61,824 bases of DNA, from positions 1 through 61,824 of the forward strand of contig JAZQPI010000012.1 of NCBI GenBank assembly GCA_045628545.1, written 5' to 3'. Under the pieces are notes generated by a model. The model saw only the letters and a list, made by a program, of their open reading frames with translations. It made no database searches and had not been told where the DNA came from. This DNA comes from Kiritimatiellia bacterium. Its GTDB lineage: Bacteria; Verrucomicrobiota; Kiritimatiellia; RFP12; UBA1067. A program made the translations under genes and the position numbers. Shown here one piece after another: positions 17,292-26,588 of the stretch (its first letter is position 1; each line of letters opens with the position of its first letter).

Positions 17292-19022
17292 TCAGCGTTT
17301 GCTGGAACTGACGCGGTAGCGGTAGGTCGAATTCTTCGGCGACGAGCCGTGGCGGATGTAGATGAGGAAGACCTTGCCGCGGTACTCGACATCATCCTTC
17401 TTGTCGTACTCGGCGATGAAGTCGGAAAAGTGCCCGGCGCGGTCTTCGATCACGGCGACGACGTTCGACGCGGCGGACGCTTCGACTTCGTAGCGGAAAG
17501 CCCCGTTGGTGGCGATCAGCCGTCCGCCCGAAAAAGTCCTGATCGAGGCGTTGGGCTGCGCCAGCGCATGCTCGACGCACGTCACCACCTCGCCCGAAGC
17601 GGCGTCGGCCGAAAGGACCGTCCCCGAACAGGTCACCCCCCGTTCGTCAAACGACCAGCGCTTGTCGGCCGTCAGCCCCTCGCGCTCGATCCGGAAGTCC
17701 ACCGTCGCCCGCTTGTCGCCCTTCTTGCCAGACACCCGGATGCTGTCGGCCTTGTTGCCGAACTGGTCCTCCCACGAACCGACGTACGGCGGCTTCTTGA
17801 GGTAGGTCGTCACTCCGGGAATCAGCCGCCAGTTCGACCAGAGCGGAAAGATGTCCGCATACTCCGATCCCGTCGCATAGACGGTCAGCATGCCGTCCGC
17901 CATGTGTCCGCCCCGCAGGTTGTCGCCGTTGATCCACGTCTCCGTGCCGACGATCTTCGAGGTTGACATCTTCAGCTCCGCCATCCAGCCCGCCGCCCGA
18001 TAGACGCCGTAGGCACAGCTGTCGTAATACTTAAGGCCCGTCGGCTTGTCCGTGCGCAGCCGTCCCCCAGCCCTGGCTAGCACCTCCTTCGACCGGTTGA
18101 TGCCGAAGGCGTTATTTCGACTGTATTGCGGCCGCAGATGGCGGTCCATCGCCCCGACCGGCATCCATCCGTTCCAGAGCACCCACCGGTAGCCTTCGTT
18201 CCAGAGCAGCTCCAACGCGGACATCTGGTCCGCCGTCAGCGCCAGGGACGTGCCGGCGAAAACGTTGGCGACATTCGCCGACTGGGTGAAGAAGGCGAGA
18301 CCGTAGTTGCCGAACTGCTGCTGGATGCCGTGCTGGAGGAACGCTCCGTCCGCCCGCAGGCCCTCCGCGTCGGACACGCGGATCGGCTCAACCATGGCCG
18401 CCGCACCCTCCCGCACTGTCGCCGCGTCGGACGCGAGCAGCCCCCGCATGAAGACGCCCAGCCCCAGCCAGGAGCGGTTCTGTCCGGTCCGCCCGACCTT
18501 GGCGCGCGACATCACGCGAATGACGCCCGAACGCTCGTCAGCCGTCAGCTCCGGCTCGAAAAGCAAGGCCACGTAGCCAAGATTCATCGGCGTCGAAATC
18601 TCGTTCCACCACCAGTTGTCGCTGGTGAAATCGCCCTGCAGCCAGAATGTCAGTCCGCGGTGAAGCGACTCCGCCAGCCGTTTCTTATCCGCGCCCTTCG
18701 ACTTCCGCCAGGCGACCGCCAGGGGCATGAGCTTGTCAGTGAGATGCTTGTGCGGCGACCAGACGTCGGACCGCCGCCGGTCGGCGTAGTTGATCTCCGG
18801 CCACGATCCGTCCGGACGTTGCGCGGCGAGGATCGCCTTCACCCGCTCCGCCGTCGCGCCATGTCCACCGGACACCAGTTCGGCGACCAGGTTCCGCCTC
18901 AGAGCCGTCCAGTCGGACGACGGCAGTCCCCCTGACTCCGGACCCTTGGCGGCGCGCGCCGACACGACTCCACCGACCAGTCCGACCAGCAAGGCCGCCT
19001 TCAGCCAACAATGTCTGTCCAT
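17292..19022 (-). CDS. Polysaccharide lyase family 8 (chondroitin AC/hyaluronate lyase-like), exported
   Basis: DGSWPEINY, NWWWNEI..P, TGQNR.W, EGLRADG.FLQHG....GNYG (catalytic His/Tyr), EY.DIFP, W..IPGVT; signal peptide. Confidence 0.85.
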   Translation of the reverse strand: MDRHCWLKAALLVGLVGGVVSARAAKGPESGGLPSSDWTALRRNLVAELVSGGHGATAERVKAILAAQRPDGSWPEINYADRRRSDVWSPHKHLTDKLMPLAVAWRKSKGADKKRLAESLHRGLTFWLQGDFTSDNWWWNEISTPMNLGYVALLFEPELTADERSGVIRVMSRAKVGRTGQNRSWLGLGVFMRGLLASDAATVREGAAAMVEPIRVSDAEGLRADGAFLQHGIQQQFGNYGLAFFTQSANVANVFAGTSLALTADQMSALELLWNEGYRWVLWNGWMPVGAMDRHLRPQYSRNNAFGINRSKEVLARAGGRLRTDKPTGLKYYDSCAYGVYRAAGWMAELKMSTSKIVGTETWINGDNLRGGHMADGMLTVYATGSEYADIFPLWSNWRLIPGVTTYLKKPPYVGSWEDQFGNKADSIRVSGKKGDKRATVDFRIEREGLTADKRWSFDERGVTCSGTVLSADAASGEVVTCVEHALAQPNASIRTFSGGRLIATNGAFRYEVEASAASNVVAVIEDRAGHFSDFIAEYDKKDDVEYRGKVFLIYIRHGSSPKNSTYRYRVSSSKR

Positions 19023-19029
19023 GTTCCGC

Positions 19030-20145
19030 TTAGACCTTCAGATAGATTTTCTTCTTGTTCAGAAACGCGAGCAGCAACCAGCACGCGACGACATGTCCGA
19101 ACAGGACCAGTACCCGTCCCCAGCCGTCCGGCAGATAGTTGGCGAGTCCGCCGAGGAAAAATGCGCTCACCCCGTCGAAATCGACGATCCTCTGCGCAAG
19201 GTAGATCGTAATCGAATTGACGCCAATCACCGTGAAAAACGGGAACCGCGCCCAGCCCTTCACGTCCACGATCTCATAGAACAGCGAGAAAATCGCAAAC
19301 GCCGCGCCGCCGGTCACCAGCGCATAGCTCGGACTCCAGACGTTCTTGATAATCGGATAGAAAAACGACAGCGCATATCCGAGCGCCGCGCACACCGCCC
19401 CCGCCAGCAGAAGTTGCAGCGCCTTGCGTTCCGTAGGACGGGAATCGCCCTTGCGCACGATCTCTCCCGCGAACATTCCGAGCATCGCCGAAACAACGGT
19501 GCAGAGCAGTCCGCCGAAGCCCTCGGGGTCGAAGCGCGCGGCGAAACAGTGGGCGCCGAGAACAGTCCGGTCGAGCCAGCATCCGAGATGCCACTCTTGC
19601 GAAAAGCGGACCGCGCCGGCTGGCGCGTCAGGCGCCGGGACGAAACCGAAGACGAGCGTCACGGCCAGAAGAATCGCCGCCGCGATTCCGATACGCGCAC
19701 GCACGTCCTTCATCCAGAGGTAGATCCACGCCGCCACCGTCCAACCGAAGCCGACATAGCCCAACACGCTCGGAATCCGGAACGTCGCGAAATCCATCTC
19801 CGCGAGGAACCGGTTGTAGATGACCGTCCCGAGCAGCGCGAGCACAACGCCGCGCCGAAGTGCTCGCATCGCAATCGCCATCCGCGACAGTCCCCGCTCC
19901 GCGCTCTTCGCGCAGGAGAACGGAAAACTCGCCCCGGCCAGGAACAGAAACGCCGGAAAGACGAAATCCATGAAATGGAGGCCTTCCCACGGCAGGTGTC
20001 CGAAATCCTCGGCGAAGTTAGGATACCCGAGGACCGCGGCAAAAGCGGCGAGGAACTCATCCATCCCCATAATCCAAAACATGTCAAACCCGCGAAAGGC
20101 GTCCAGTGACGCCAACCGCACAGATTTCTTATTCGCCACTTCCAT
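19030..20145 (-). CDS. Heparan-alpha-glucosaminide N-acetyltransferase-like membrane protein (HGSNAT/NagX)
   Basis: RLASLDAFRGFDM, H.PWEG..F.D.VFPAFLF..G, FDPEG, PIIKN.WSPSY, G.NSI..Y; multiple TM helices. Confidence 0.88.
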   Translation of the reverse strand: MEVANKKSVRLASLDAFRGFDMFWIMGMDEFLAAFAAVLGYPNFAEDFGHLPWEGLHFMDFVFPAFLFLAGASFPFSCAKSAERGLSRMAIAMRALRRGVVLALLGTVIYNRFLAEMDFATFRIPSVLGYVGFGWTVAAWIYLWMKDVRARIGIAAAILLAVTLVFGFVPAPDAPAGAVRFSQEWHLGCWLDRTVLGAHCFAARFDPEGFGGLLCTVVSAMLGMFAGEIVRKGDSRPTERKALQLLLAGAVCAALGYALSFFYPIIKNVWSPSYALVTGGAAFAIFSLFYEIVDVKGWARFPFFTVIGVNSITIYLAQRIVDFDGVSAFFLGGLANYLPDGWGRVLVLFGHVVACWLLLAFLNKKKIYLKV

Positions 20146-20175
20146 AAAACCTCGCGATCCTCTTTCGCCGCCTGC

Positions 20176-23100
20176 TTACCAGTAGACGTACATGTACGGG
20201 TCGAACTTGCGGTAAAGCATGTTGTAGAGGTCCTCGACCGGCGCGCCGGCAGCCTGCGCCGCCTTGGGTTCCGCGCCGGACTCCTTCGCCGCCAGTTCGC
20301 GGACGATAGCTGGATCGTCCGACACCTGCAGATAGAAGGCGTTGCGCTGAAGCGGCTCGGGGCAGCCGTGCTTGACGCCGATCCGATTGACGCCCTGAGT
20401 CATCCGAACCGGAACCTTGACTCCGTCTTTGCCGACCGACGCGGCGCGGAAAACCTCTTTGCCGTTCAACCAGACGACAAGCGAACCGCTTTTCGCCTTG
20501 ACGGACAGTGCTCCGTCGCCGCCGCCGTACGACTCGAAGTCGCTGACGTAGTAGTTGACCTCCGGCCGTCCGCGGCCGTCATCGGTCGTCACGGAATTCG
20601 CCGCGCCGAAACGATTCTCGCCGTCCGTGGTGAAGCGGAAGCAGAGCGTATCGACCTTGCCGTCGGGGTTAGGCGTAATCGACGGACGCCAATTGACCGG
20701 CTCCCCGCCCTGCGGCAGCGTGAAGACCGGATTGGGGTTGAACGTCGCGTCGACCGCCATCTCCTCGGCCTGGTCGGACGGCTTCCAGTCCAGCGCCGCC
20801 TCGGCCGTCATTCCCTCGCGGGCGAACGGCCCGAGGATATGCCACGGATTCGGATTGCGGAAGCCAGGCTGGGCGCGGCTAAAGGTCAGCAGCCGTTTCG
20901 TCAGGGCCTCGCCCGTGCGGACTCCGAGGTTGCAGAGGATACGCGAAATCATCTCGCGGGAGTGCTCCTCCGAAAGCGACACCGTGTTGCGTTCGCAGCT
21001 CGACTTCCAGTCCTTCGGATCCGCGCGAACCTTCTCCGCGTAGCGATCGGTGAGCAGATACGGGTCGAGCTGGATGAAGAGCACCTCGTCCTGACCGTCG
21101 TTGGCGCGACGCGGCACGGCGAAAAGCCCGTCGCACAGAACGTCCCACTTCACGTCCTTCGCCGGCGGCGCGAACCGGCGCGTCTCCATCGCGTCACGCC
21201 AGCGCAGGTGCTTGCGGGAAAGGCCGGTGAAGGTCCGGTGGCGACCGAACTCGCGGCCGAGATCCCGCTGCTCGGGATAGCTGTGCCAGAACTTCTCGGC
21301 GGGACGGAGCGTCAGCCCCGCAGCTTCAGCGAGCGCGTCTTCGTTCAGGATGACGAACCGGCACGCGCGGTTTTCGCGCAGCGCCGAAACGCGCTCCCAC
21401 TTCAGGTTCTTCGAGCGTCCGACCAGCACGACCGAGTTTGTCTCCACCGCCGCGTCGTCGGCCGGCAGCGGGTCGAAGTCGGCACGGATGTCCTTAAGCA
21501 CCCGCTCGGCGAGTTCGCCGTCCGCGTAAACGCGGCGGTTGTGCGCGGGCACGCCACGGTTGAGGACGCCGTCCAGCATCACCCTGGCGACATCCCGCGC
21601 CCCCGGATCGGTCCGCAGACGGCCGGCGAAGTCGAGCGCGCAGAAAGTGAGCGCCCCCGCGCCGTGGAAATAGCGGATGAGGCCAGCGTAGTTCATGTCG
21701 AACTCGCCGACGACAAGCGGCTCGAAGCCGAGCGTTTCGGGAATGCGGAGCGGCAGCGAGCAGATCGAGTGACGGTGCGTGCCGCGCGGTCCTCGCGTCC
21801 CCTTGGCGGTCATCACGTGCCCGAAGTCGGCGCCGTAGCCCTGTGGCGAACCGCGCCAGTGGTCGAACGAAGCGGAGTTCGCGCCGCCGAACGCCGCGGT
21901 CGGCCAGAGCTTGCGCGACTGGGCGTCTTCGCAGGCGAAGCCGATCGCCTGCCAGACTTCCGCGCGCTGCGGCATCACGACGACGCGCAGGCCCTTGGCG
22001 ATCCGCTCGGCGTTCAGAAGCCCCCACACCTGAGGATCGAGCATGTTCTGGCCGACGAACAGCGCCGCGCGCGCGGGCAGATTGGTGAAGGCCGCCGCCG
22101 TCAGCGGCTTGAAGCCGACGCCCATTTCGCGCAGGAACGCCGCCGCCGTGTTGTTAGAGACGGAACCATCTGGCGACCACACGAAGACCGGCAGCCGCTG
22201 GTTCTGGTCGACGCGGCGTTTGGTGAGCCAGTGTTCAGGATAGATCTCGAACTGGAACTTGTCGGACGCGAGGAACTCGTGCGTGTCGGGATCGGTCACG
22301 TACAGGCAGAGATTGCCCGACCACGGGTTGCCGCCGGTTTCGGGCGGGAGCTGCGACACCGTGAACGAAATCGGCACCTTGACGATGTCGCCCGTCTTGA
22401 GCGTCTGCGAGAACCGTCCGGCCACCCCCTCGAGATTCCGCTGCCAATTGGGGTCGCCGCCGAACTGGGCCTTCCACTCGACGTGCACCGTGCGCTCGCC
22501 GAAGCCGTCCCAGATCAGCACGGCGTCCTTGCGGATCTCCTCGCCGACGTAATAGGCGTGGGTGCGGTCCGCGTGTTCGCCGTCGCCGCCGCCGATGAAC
22601 CCGAGGAAGTCGTGGTTGCCGCGCTGGAAGATGTCGTAGGACGGATTCGCCCACTCGGGGCGCCCGTCCGGCACCGGGATGCTGCGGTAGTCCATCAGCG
22701 GAACATGGCGCCCGGTGGGATTGCCGAACGCCTCGCCGACGTTGAAGTTCATCAATCCGCCGTTCATTCCGTAGGCGCGGAACGAGCGGAGCGTCCGCCA
22801 GTTCAGGAGGTCGACGAACTTCGTGAAGAGCGGATAGTCCCACAGCTTCATTTCGGGGACTTCCGCGCCGTGCCACGAGGTGTTGGCCTGCCCCATCTTA
22901 AGCGTGTACTGCATGCACTTCTCGGGTTCGGTGCGGTACGCCTCCTCGCCATAGTAGACGGACATCCACTCGGTGAAGATGAAGTTCACGTACATGTGCC
23001 AGTAGCTGCCGCGGTAAGGCTGGCCCCATTCGGCGGCGTACCACGGCAGGATGCCGTTCTTCGACCACTGCGCCAGCCACTCCTCGCGCTCCTGCAACGG

Positions 23101-24582
23101 CGTGAAGTTGAGGTAGAGGTTGTTCGAGGAGATCTCGCCCGTCGACCCGTCGGCGTGGGAGAAGTAGAACGCGTTCGGATGGACCGCGCGACAGGCCGCG
23201 CAAGCGGCGTCAATGCGCTGGGCGCTCTGCGTGGTGTCCTTGAACTGCCCCAGCCGCTCGGGACGCATGTTGACCGCCGGACAGTAGGTGTTGACACCGA
23301 CGTTGAAGGCGATAATCGCGGGCGAATTGCGGTACTTGCGCATCACGTAATTGGCGTAGCGGGCGTACTGCTTGAGCGCCTCCTGGTCACGCGAAAAGCC
23401 GAACCCCATGTCGTTGATGTTCGGACCGCCCAGAAAGAGCGCCATGCCCTGACGCGCGGCCGTGTCGAGGAACGGCTGGGCGTGTTCCGGCACCGACTGG
23501 AACGAATGCGTGCCGTAGAGGAGGTTGAAGCCGAGCCGCTTCAAAAGGACTATGCCGCCGAGACACTGATCCTCCGTACTGGCCAGCTGAAGATAGCAGC
23601 CGTAGTTGCCGCGGAAATGCTGGACATGGCCGTTCATCCAGATTTCGCGGCCTTTGCGGACGAGTTCGCGGAAGCCCCAGACGAACTCCGGATAGACGTC
23701 AGCACCGTCGTCCAGCGACACGCGCACCCGGTAAACGGCGGGACGCGACGTCTCCCAGAACTTCACGTCCGGCCAGTCAAACGTCTGCTCGAAGGCGGAC
23801 ACCCCCTTCTTGGCCCGAACCTCGGCGGAAAAGGTCTTGACGACCTTGTCGTCATCGTCCAAAAACTCCGCCTTCAGCTTGACCGGGCGGTCGGCGAGCG
23901 AACGGATCTCGGTGGCGATAGTGACTGACCGCTTCTCCGCGCACGGCTTGAGATAGACGTCCTCAAGCGAAGCCGCCGCGCGAATCTCTATCCGCCCGCG
24001 CGGACAGCTTCGGCCGGAGTACTTCATCTTCTCATCATAGGGATTGGACTGATAGCCCCAGTAGCGCGTCTCCTTTTCGCTCACGCCGACGTTCTCTCGC
24101 GTCGCGAACATCTCCAGACGGTTCGTCGCGCCGAAGGTGACCGCGTCGGTCAGGTCCAGAGCCCCGCCCGGACGCAGAATCTCGCCAACGACCTTGCCGT
24201 TCATGCGCACCAGCACGTCGTATTCGGGATTCTCGTGCGAAAAGACGATGACCCGGCCGCGATCCTCGGCCTTGACGGGGACATCGGCTTTGAACCAGGT
24301 GCTCAGGGCCTTGCCGGCCTGTTCGCTGGTAAAGAAGGGCTGACGCTGAACGTGCTTGCCCTTCTCCCAGGTCCAGAATGGCGAATAGGAGAACCAGCCG
24401 CCGTTGGAATTGCCGATCGGCCACCACTTGCCGTCGTCCGGCTCGGGCACCTTCGTCGACGCGCGGCCCTCGGTAAAGGCCGGCTGACTCGACCACCTCA
24501 GCCCAATCCGTGAACGCGGTCCGTCCGCCAGAATCGACAATCCCGCGGCCGCAACCGCCAGCAACAGCAACAGTTTCTTCAT
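20176..24582 (-). CDS. Large exported glycoside hydrolase, GH2-like (1468 aa)
   Basis: Signal peptide MKKLLLLLAVAAAGLSILA; VRMNGK.VG, FWET.RP.VY, WGFREL......MNG....FRG, YRNSPAII, putative nucleophile in AAEWG; C-terminal DPYMYVYW. Confidence 0.8.
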   Translation of the reverse strand: MKKLLLLLAVAAAGLSILADGPRSRIGLRWSSQPAFTEGRASTKVPEPDDGKWWPIGNSNGGWFSYSPFWTWEKGKHVQRQPFFTSEQAGKALSTWFKADVPVKAEDRGRVIVFSHENPEYDVLVRMNGKVVGEILRPGGALDLTDAVTFGATNRLEMFATRENVGVSEKETRYWGYQSNPYDEKMKYSGRSCPRGRIEIRAAASLEDVYLKPCAEKRSVTIATEIRSLADRPVKLKAEFLDDDDKVVKTFSAEVRAKKGVSAFEQTFDWPDVKFWETSRPAVYRVRVSLDDGADVYPEFVWGFRELVRKGREIWMNGHVQHFRGNYGCYLQLASTEDQCLGGIVLLKRLGFNLLYGTHSFQSVPEHAQPFLDTAARQGMALFLGGPNINDMGFGFSRDQEALKQYARYANYVMRKYRNSPAIIAFNVGVNTYCPAVNMRPERLGQFKDTTQSAQRIDAACAACRAVHPNAFYFSHADGSTGEISSNNLYLNFTPLQEREEWLAQWSKNGILPWYAAEWGQPYRGSYWHMYVNFIFTEWMSVYYGEEAYRTEPEKCMQYTLKMGQANTSWHGAEVPEMKLWDYPLFTKFVDLLNWRTLRSFRAYGMNGGLMNFNVGEAFGNPTGRHVPLMDYRSIPVPDGRPEWANPSYDIFQRGNHDFLGFIGGGDGEHADRTHAYYVGEEIRKDAVLIWDGFGERTVHVEWKAQFGGDPNWQRNLEGVAGRFSQTLKTGDIVKVPISFTVSQLPPETGGNPWSGNLCLYVTDPDTHEFLASDKFQFEIYPEHWLTKRRVDQNQRLPVFVWSPDGSVSNNTAAAFLREMGVGFKPLTAAAFTNLPARAALFVGQNMLDPQVWGLLNAERIAKGLRVVVMPQRAEVWQAIGFACEDAQSRKLWPTAAFGGANSASFDHWRGSPQGYGADFGHVMTAKGTRGPRGTHRHSICSLPLRIPETLGFEPLVVGEFDMNYAGLIRYFHGAGALTFCALDFAGRLRTDPGARDVARVMLDGVLNRGVPAHNRRVYADGELAERVLKDIRADFDPLPADDAAVETNSVVLVGRSKNLKWERVSALRENRACRFVILNEDALAEAAGLTLRPAEKFWHSYPEQRDLGREFGRHRTFTGLSRKHLRWRDAMETRRFAPPAKDVKWDVLCDGLFAVPRRANDGQDEVLFIQLDPYLLTDRYAEKVRADPKDWKSSCERNTVSLSEEHSREMISRILCNLGVRTGEALTKRLLTFSRAQPGFRNPNPWHILGPFAREGMTAEAALDWKPSDQAEEMAVDATFNPNPVFTLPQGGEPVNWRPSITPNPDGKVDTLCFRFTTDGENRFGAANSVTTDDGRGRPEVNYYVSDFESYGGGDGALSVKAKSGSLVVWLNGKEVFRAASVGKDGVKVPVRMTQGVNRIGVKHGCPEPLQRNAFYLQVSDDPAIVRELAAKESGAEPKAAQAAGAPVEDLYNMLYRKFDPYMYVYW

Positions 24583-24633
24583 GTCATGAGTCCTTTTTCT
24601 ATGCCACGCACCAGAGAACACTATTATCTTACG

Positions 24634-24642
24634 ATTATACCA
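24634..24642 (-). promoter_or_regulatory. Extended -10 promoter element (TGGTATAAT) for the GH2-HGSNAT-PL8 operon
   Basis: Exact TGNTATAAT about 50 nt upstream of the ATG at 24582. Confidence 0.65.
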
Positions 24643-24665
24643 AAATACAGAATTAGTTTCAAACC

Positions 24666-25637
24666 TCAGTAGCCAATGTCGGCAGCAGCGGCCGCAAGGC
24701 CGCCGCCGAAACCGGCCAGCAGCACCCGTCCCGCCCCCGGACCGTGCGCCGCCAGCGTGACCGGGACGGACGCCGACGCCGGATTGCCGCAGGTGTCGGC
24801 GCTGATCCACAGCCGTTCCGCCGCGAATCCCAGCGCCTGCGCCAGCCTGGACACCATGTAGACGTTCGCCTGATGCGGCACGAACGCCGCGAAGTCGTCG
24901 GCGGTCCGGCCTGTCTCCTGGAGAAACGCCTGCAGGAAGGTCTGGACGTCCGCAGCCACGAAGCGGAACACCGCGAAGCCGTCCATCGCGATCGTTCCGC
25001 CGGGCGAAAGCGTCAGCGCGTCCCCTCCCGCGCCCGCCGTCATAAAGGCGAAGCGCCACGGTTCGGCGGACTTGTCGTCCGTCGGCGCGACGAGCGTCGC
25101 CGTGCCGGCGTCGGAGAGGACCGGCACTGTCGCCGCGTCGTCGGGAGCCGTCACCGCGCTCTGCACGTCGCCGTCCAGAAGCAGCACGCGGCGGCCGAGC
25201 GACCGCGCCAGCGTCCCCGCCAGGTAAAGTCCGTACGGATACCCCGCGCAGGCCTGCGTCAGCTCGAACGCGGCAAGGTCGGTCGGCAGTCCGAGCCGCC
25301 GCTGCGCCTGGCTGGCGTTCCCCGGCATCAGCCGTTCGGGCGTCAGCGAGACGGACACGACCGCGCCGATGTCCGCGCGAACCGCCTCCGGGGTCTGTCC
25401 GGAAACCGCGGCGGTTTCGGTGAACAGCGTCTCGGCCGCGCGGCAGCAGAGGTCGAGGGAAGTCGTCCCGGGCTCGGCCAGGCGGCGGCTCCGGACGCCG
25501 GTCGTCTCGACGACCGCGCGGGCCCGCTCCGCGTCGCCGAAGAGCCGCAGGCAGTCCGTCAGGCTGTCCGCCGCGCGTTCGGGCAGGCACGCCCGCACGC
25601 CTTCGATTTTCACGCCTCCGACTTCGAGTATCTGCAT
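24666..25637 (-). CDS. 3-oxoacyl-ACP synthase III (FabH-like)
   Basis: Cys-His-Asn triad contexts QACAGY, PHQAN, GNPASAS; C-terminal AGFGGGL. Confidence 0.82.
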   Translation of the reverse strand: MQILEVGGVKIEGVRACLPERAADSLTDCLRLFGDAERARAVVETTGVRSRRLAEPGTTSLDLCCRAAETLFTETAAVSGQTPEAVRADIGAVVSVSLTPERLMPGNASQAQRRLGLPTDLAAFELTQACAGYPYGLYLAGTLARSLGRRVLLLDGDVQSAVTAPDDAATVPVLSDAGTATLVAPTDDKSAEPWRFAFMTAGAGGDALTLSPGGTIAMDGFAVFRFVAADVQTFLQAFLQETGRTADDFAAFVPHQANVYMVSRLAQALGFAAERLWISADTCGNPASASVPVTLAAHGPGAGRVLLAGFGGGLAAAAADIGY

Positions 25638-25652
25638 CGTTTCCTCCGTTCC

Positions 25653-26588
25653 TCAGGCGTCCGCTCGCGGATGGGCCTTCGCGTACTGGTCACGGAGGCG
25701 TTCGATGGAGACGTGCGTGTAGATCTGCGTCGTCGAAAGCGACGAATGGCCGAGCATCTCCTGCACGCTGCGGAGATCCGCCCCCGCGTCCAGGAGATGC
25801 GTCGCGAAGCTGTGGCGGAGCTTGTGCGGCGAGAGGTCCGTCGGCAGTTCCGCCTCGGCGAGATAGCGCTTCATGCGCCGCTGGACGAACCGCGCGGAGA
25901 GGGGGCCAAAGCCGTCGCCCAAGAAAATCCGTTCGCCATCAAACGCAGTCGCTGGACGCACACCCGCCAGATAGTCGCGAAGCGTCCGCAGCGCCGCCAG
26001 GGCCTTCGAGCCGAGGATGACGAGACGGTCCTTGCGTCCCTTGCCGGTCACGATGATCGTCCCGTCCGCCCAGTTGATCTCGCGCCAGGTCACGGCGAGC
26101 ATCTCGCTGATGCGACAGCCGGTCGAGTAAAGCGATTCGAAGAATGCGGTGTCGCGCAGGCACGCGTATTCGCTGACCGACCCCTCTTCGAAGTCGAGCA
26201 GCGGACGCTCAAGAAAGCGGTCGACCTCTTCTGCCGAGAGCACCTTCGGCAGCCGCCGGGCCTGGCGCGGACCGCGGATCTGGGCGAAGGGGTTGTCCAA
26301 AGCCAGGTTTTCGCGCTGGAGGAAGCGGTAAAAGGCGCGTAGCGACGAGAGCTTGCGCGCGATCGTCCGCGCATCGTCCCCAGCCGTCGTCCGCGCGACG
26401 ACGAACCGCCGCGCCGAGAGGTCGTCCAGCTTCGTCCAGTCGGGAGCCTTGCCCTCTTCGCCTCCGACGAGCCAGGCGCCCAGCTGGGCGATGTCGGAAA
26501 GGTATGAAGACACGGTATGGGCGGAGGCGTCGCGCTCCGCCGTCAGGTAGGTGATGAAGCGGCTGACCAGCGGATCAGCCAACGGCAT
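25653..26588 (-). CDS. xerC: Tyrosine recombinase XerC/XerD
   Basis: ARKLSSLRAFY, LPKVL, TGCRISE, GKGRK, HKLRHSFATH, LGHSSLSTTQIYTH; follows topA. Start taken as the ATG at 26588. Confidence 0.9.
   Translation of the reverse strand: MPLADPLVSRFITYLTAERDASAHTVSSYLSDIAQLGAWLVGGEEGKAPDWTKLDDLSARRFVVARTTAGDDARTIARKLSSLRAFYRFLQRENLALDNPFAQIRGPRQARRLPKVLSAEEVDRFLERPLLDFEEGSVSEYACLRDTAFFESLYSTGCRISEMLAVTWREINWADGTIIVTGKGRKDRLVILGSKALAALRTLRDYLAGVRPATAFDGERIFLGDGFGPLSARFVQRRMKRYLAEAELPTDLSPHKLRHSFATHLLDAGADLRSVQEMLGHSSLSTTQIYTHVSIERLRDQYAKAHPRADA

Noticed and set aside
24583-25590. Apparent N-terminal extensions in the ORF track (GH2, also NAGPA, manC, folE, tolB-like, truA, SBP-permease)
   Set aside because: They overlap upstream genes in another frame. 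Better starts exist, with an RBS, a signal peptide or a stop/start overlap.
25653-26588. Tyrosine recombinase as a prophage/ICE integrase
   Set aside because: It has XerC/D-type length and motifs in the usual topA-xer context, with no att-flanked cargo or phage genes.
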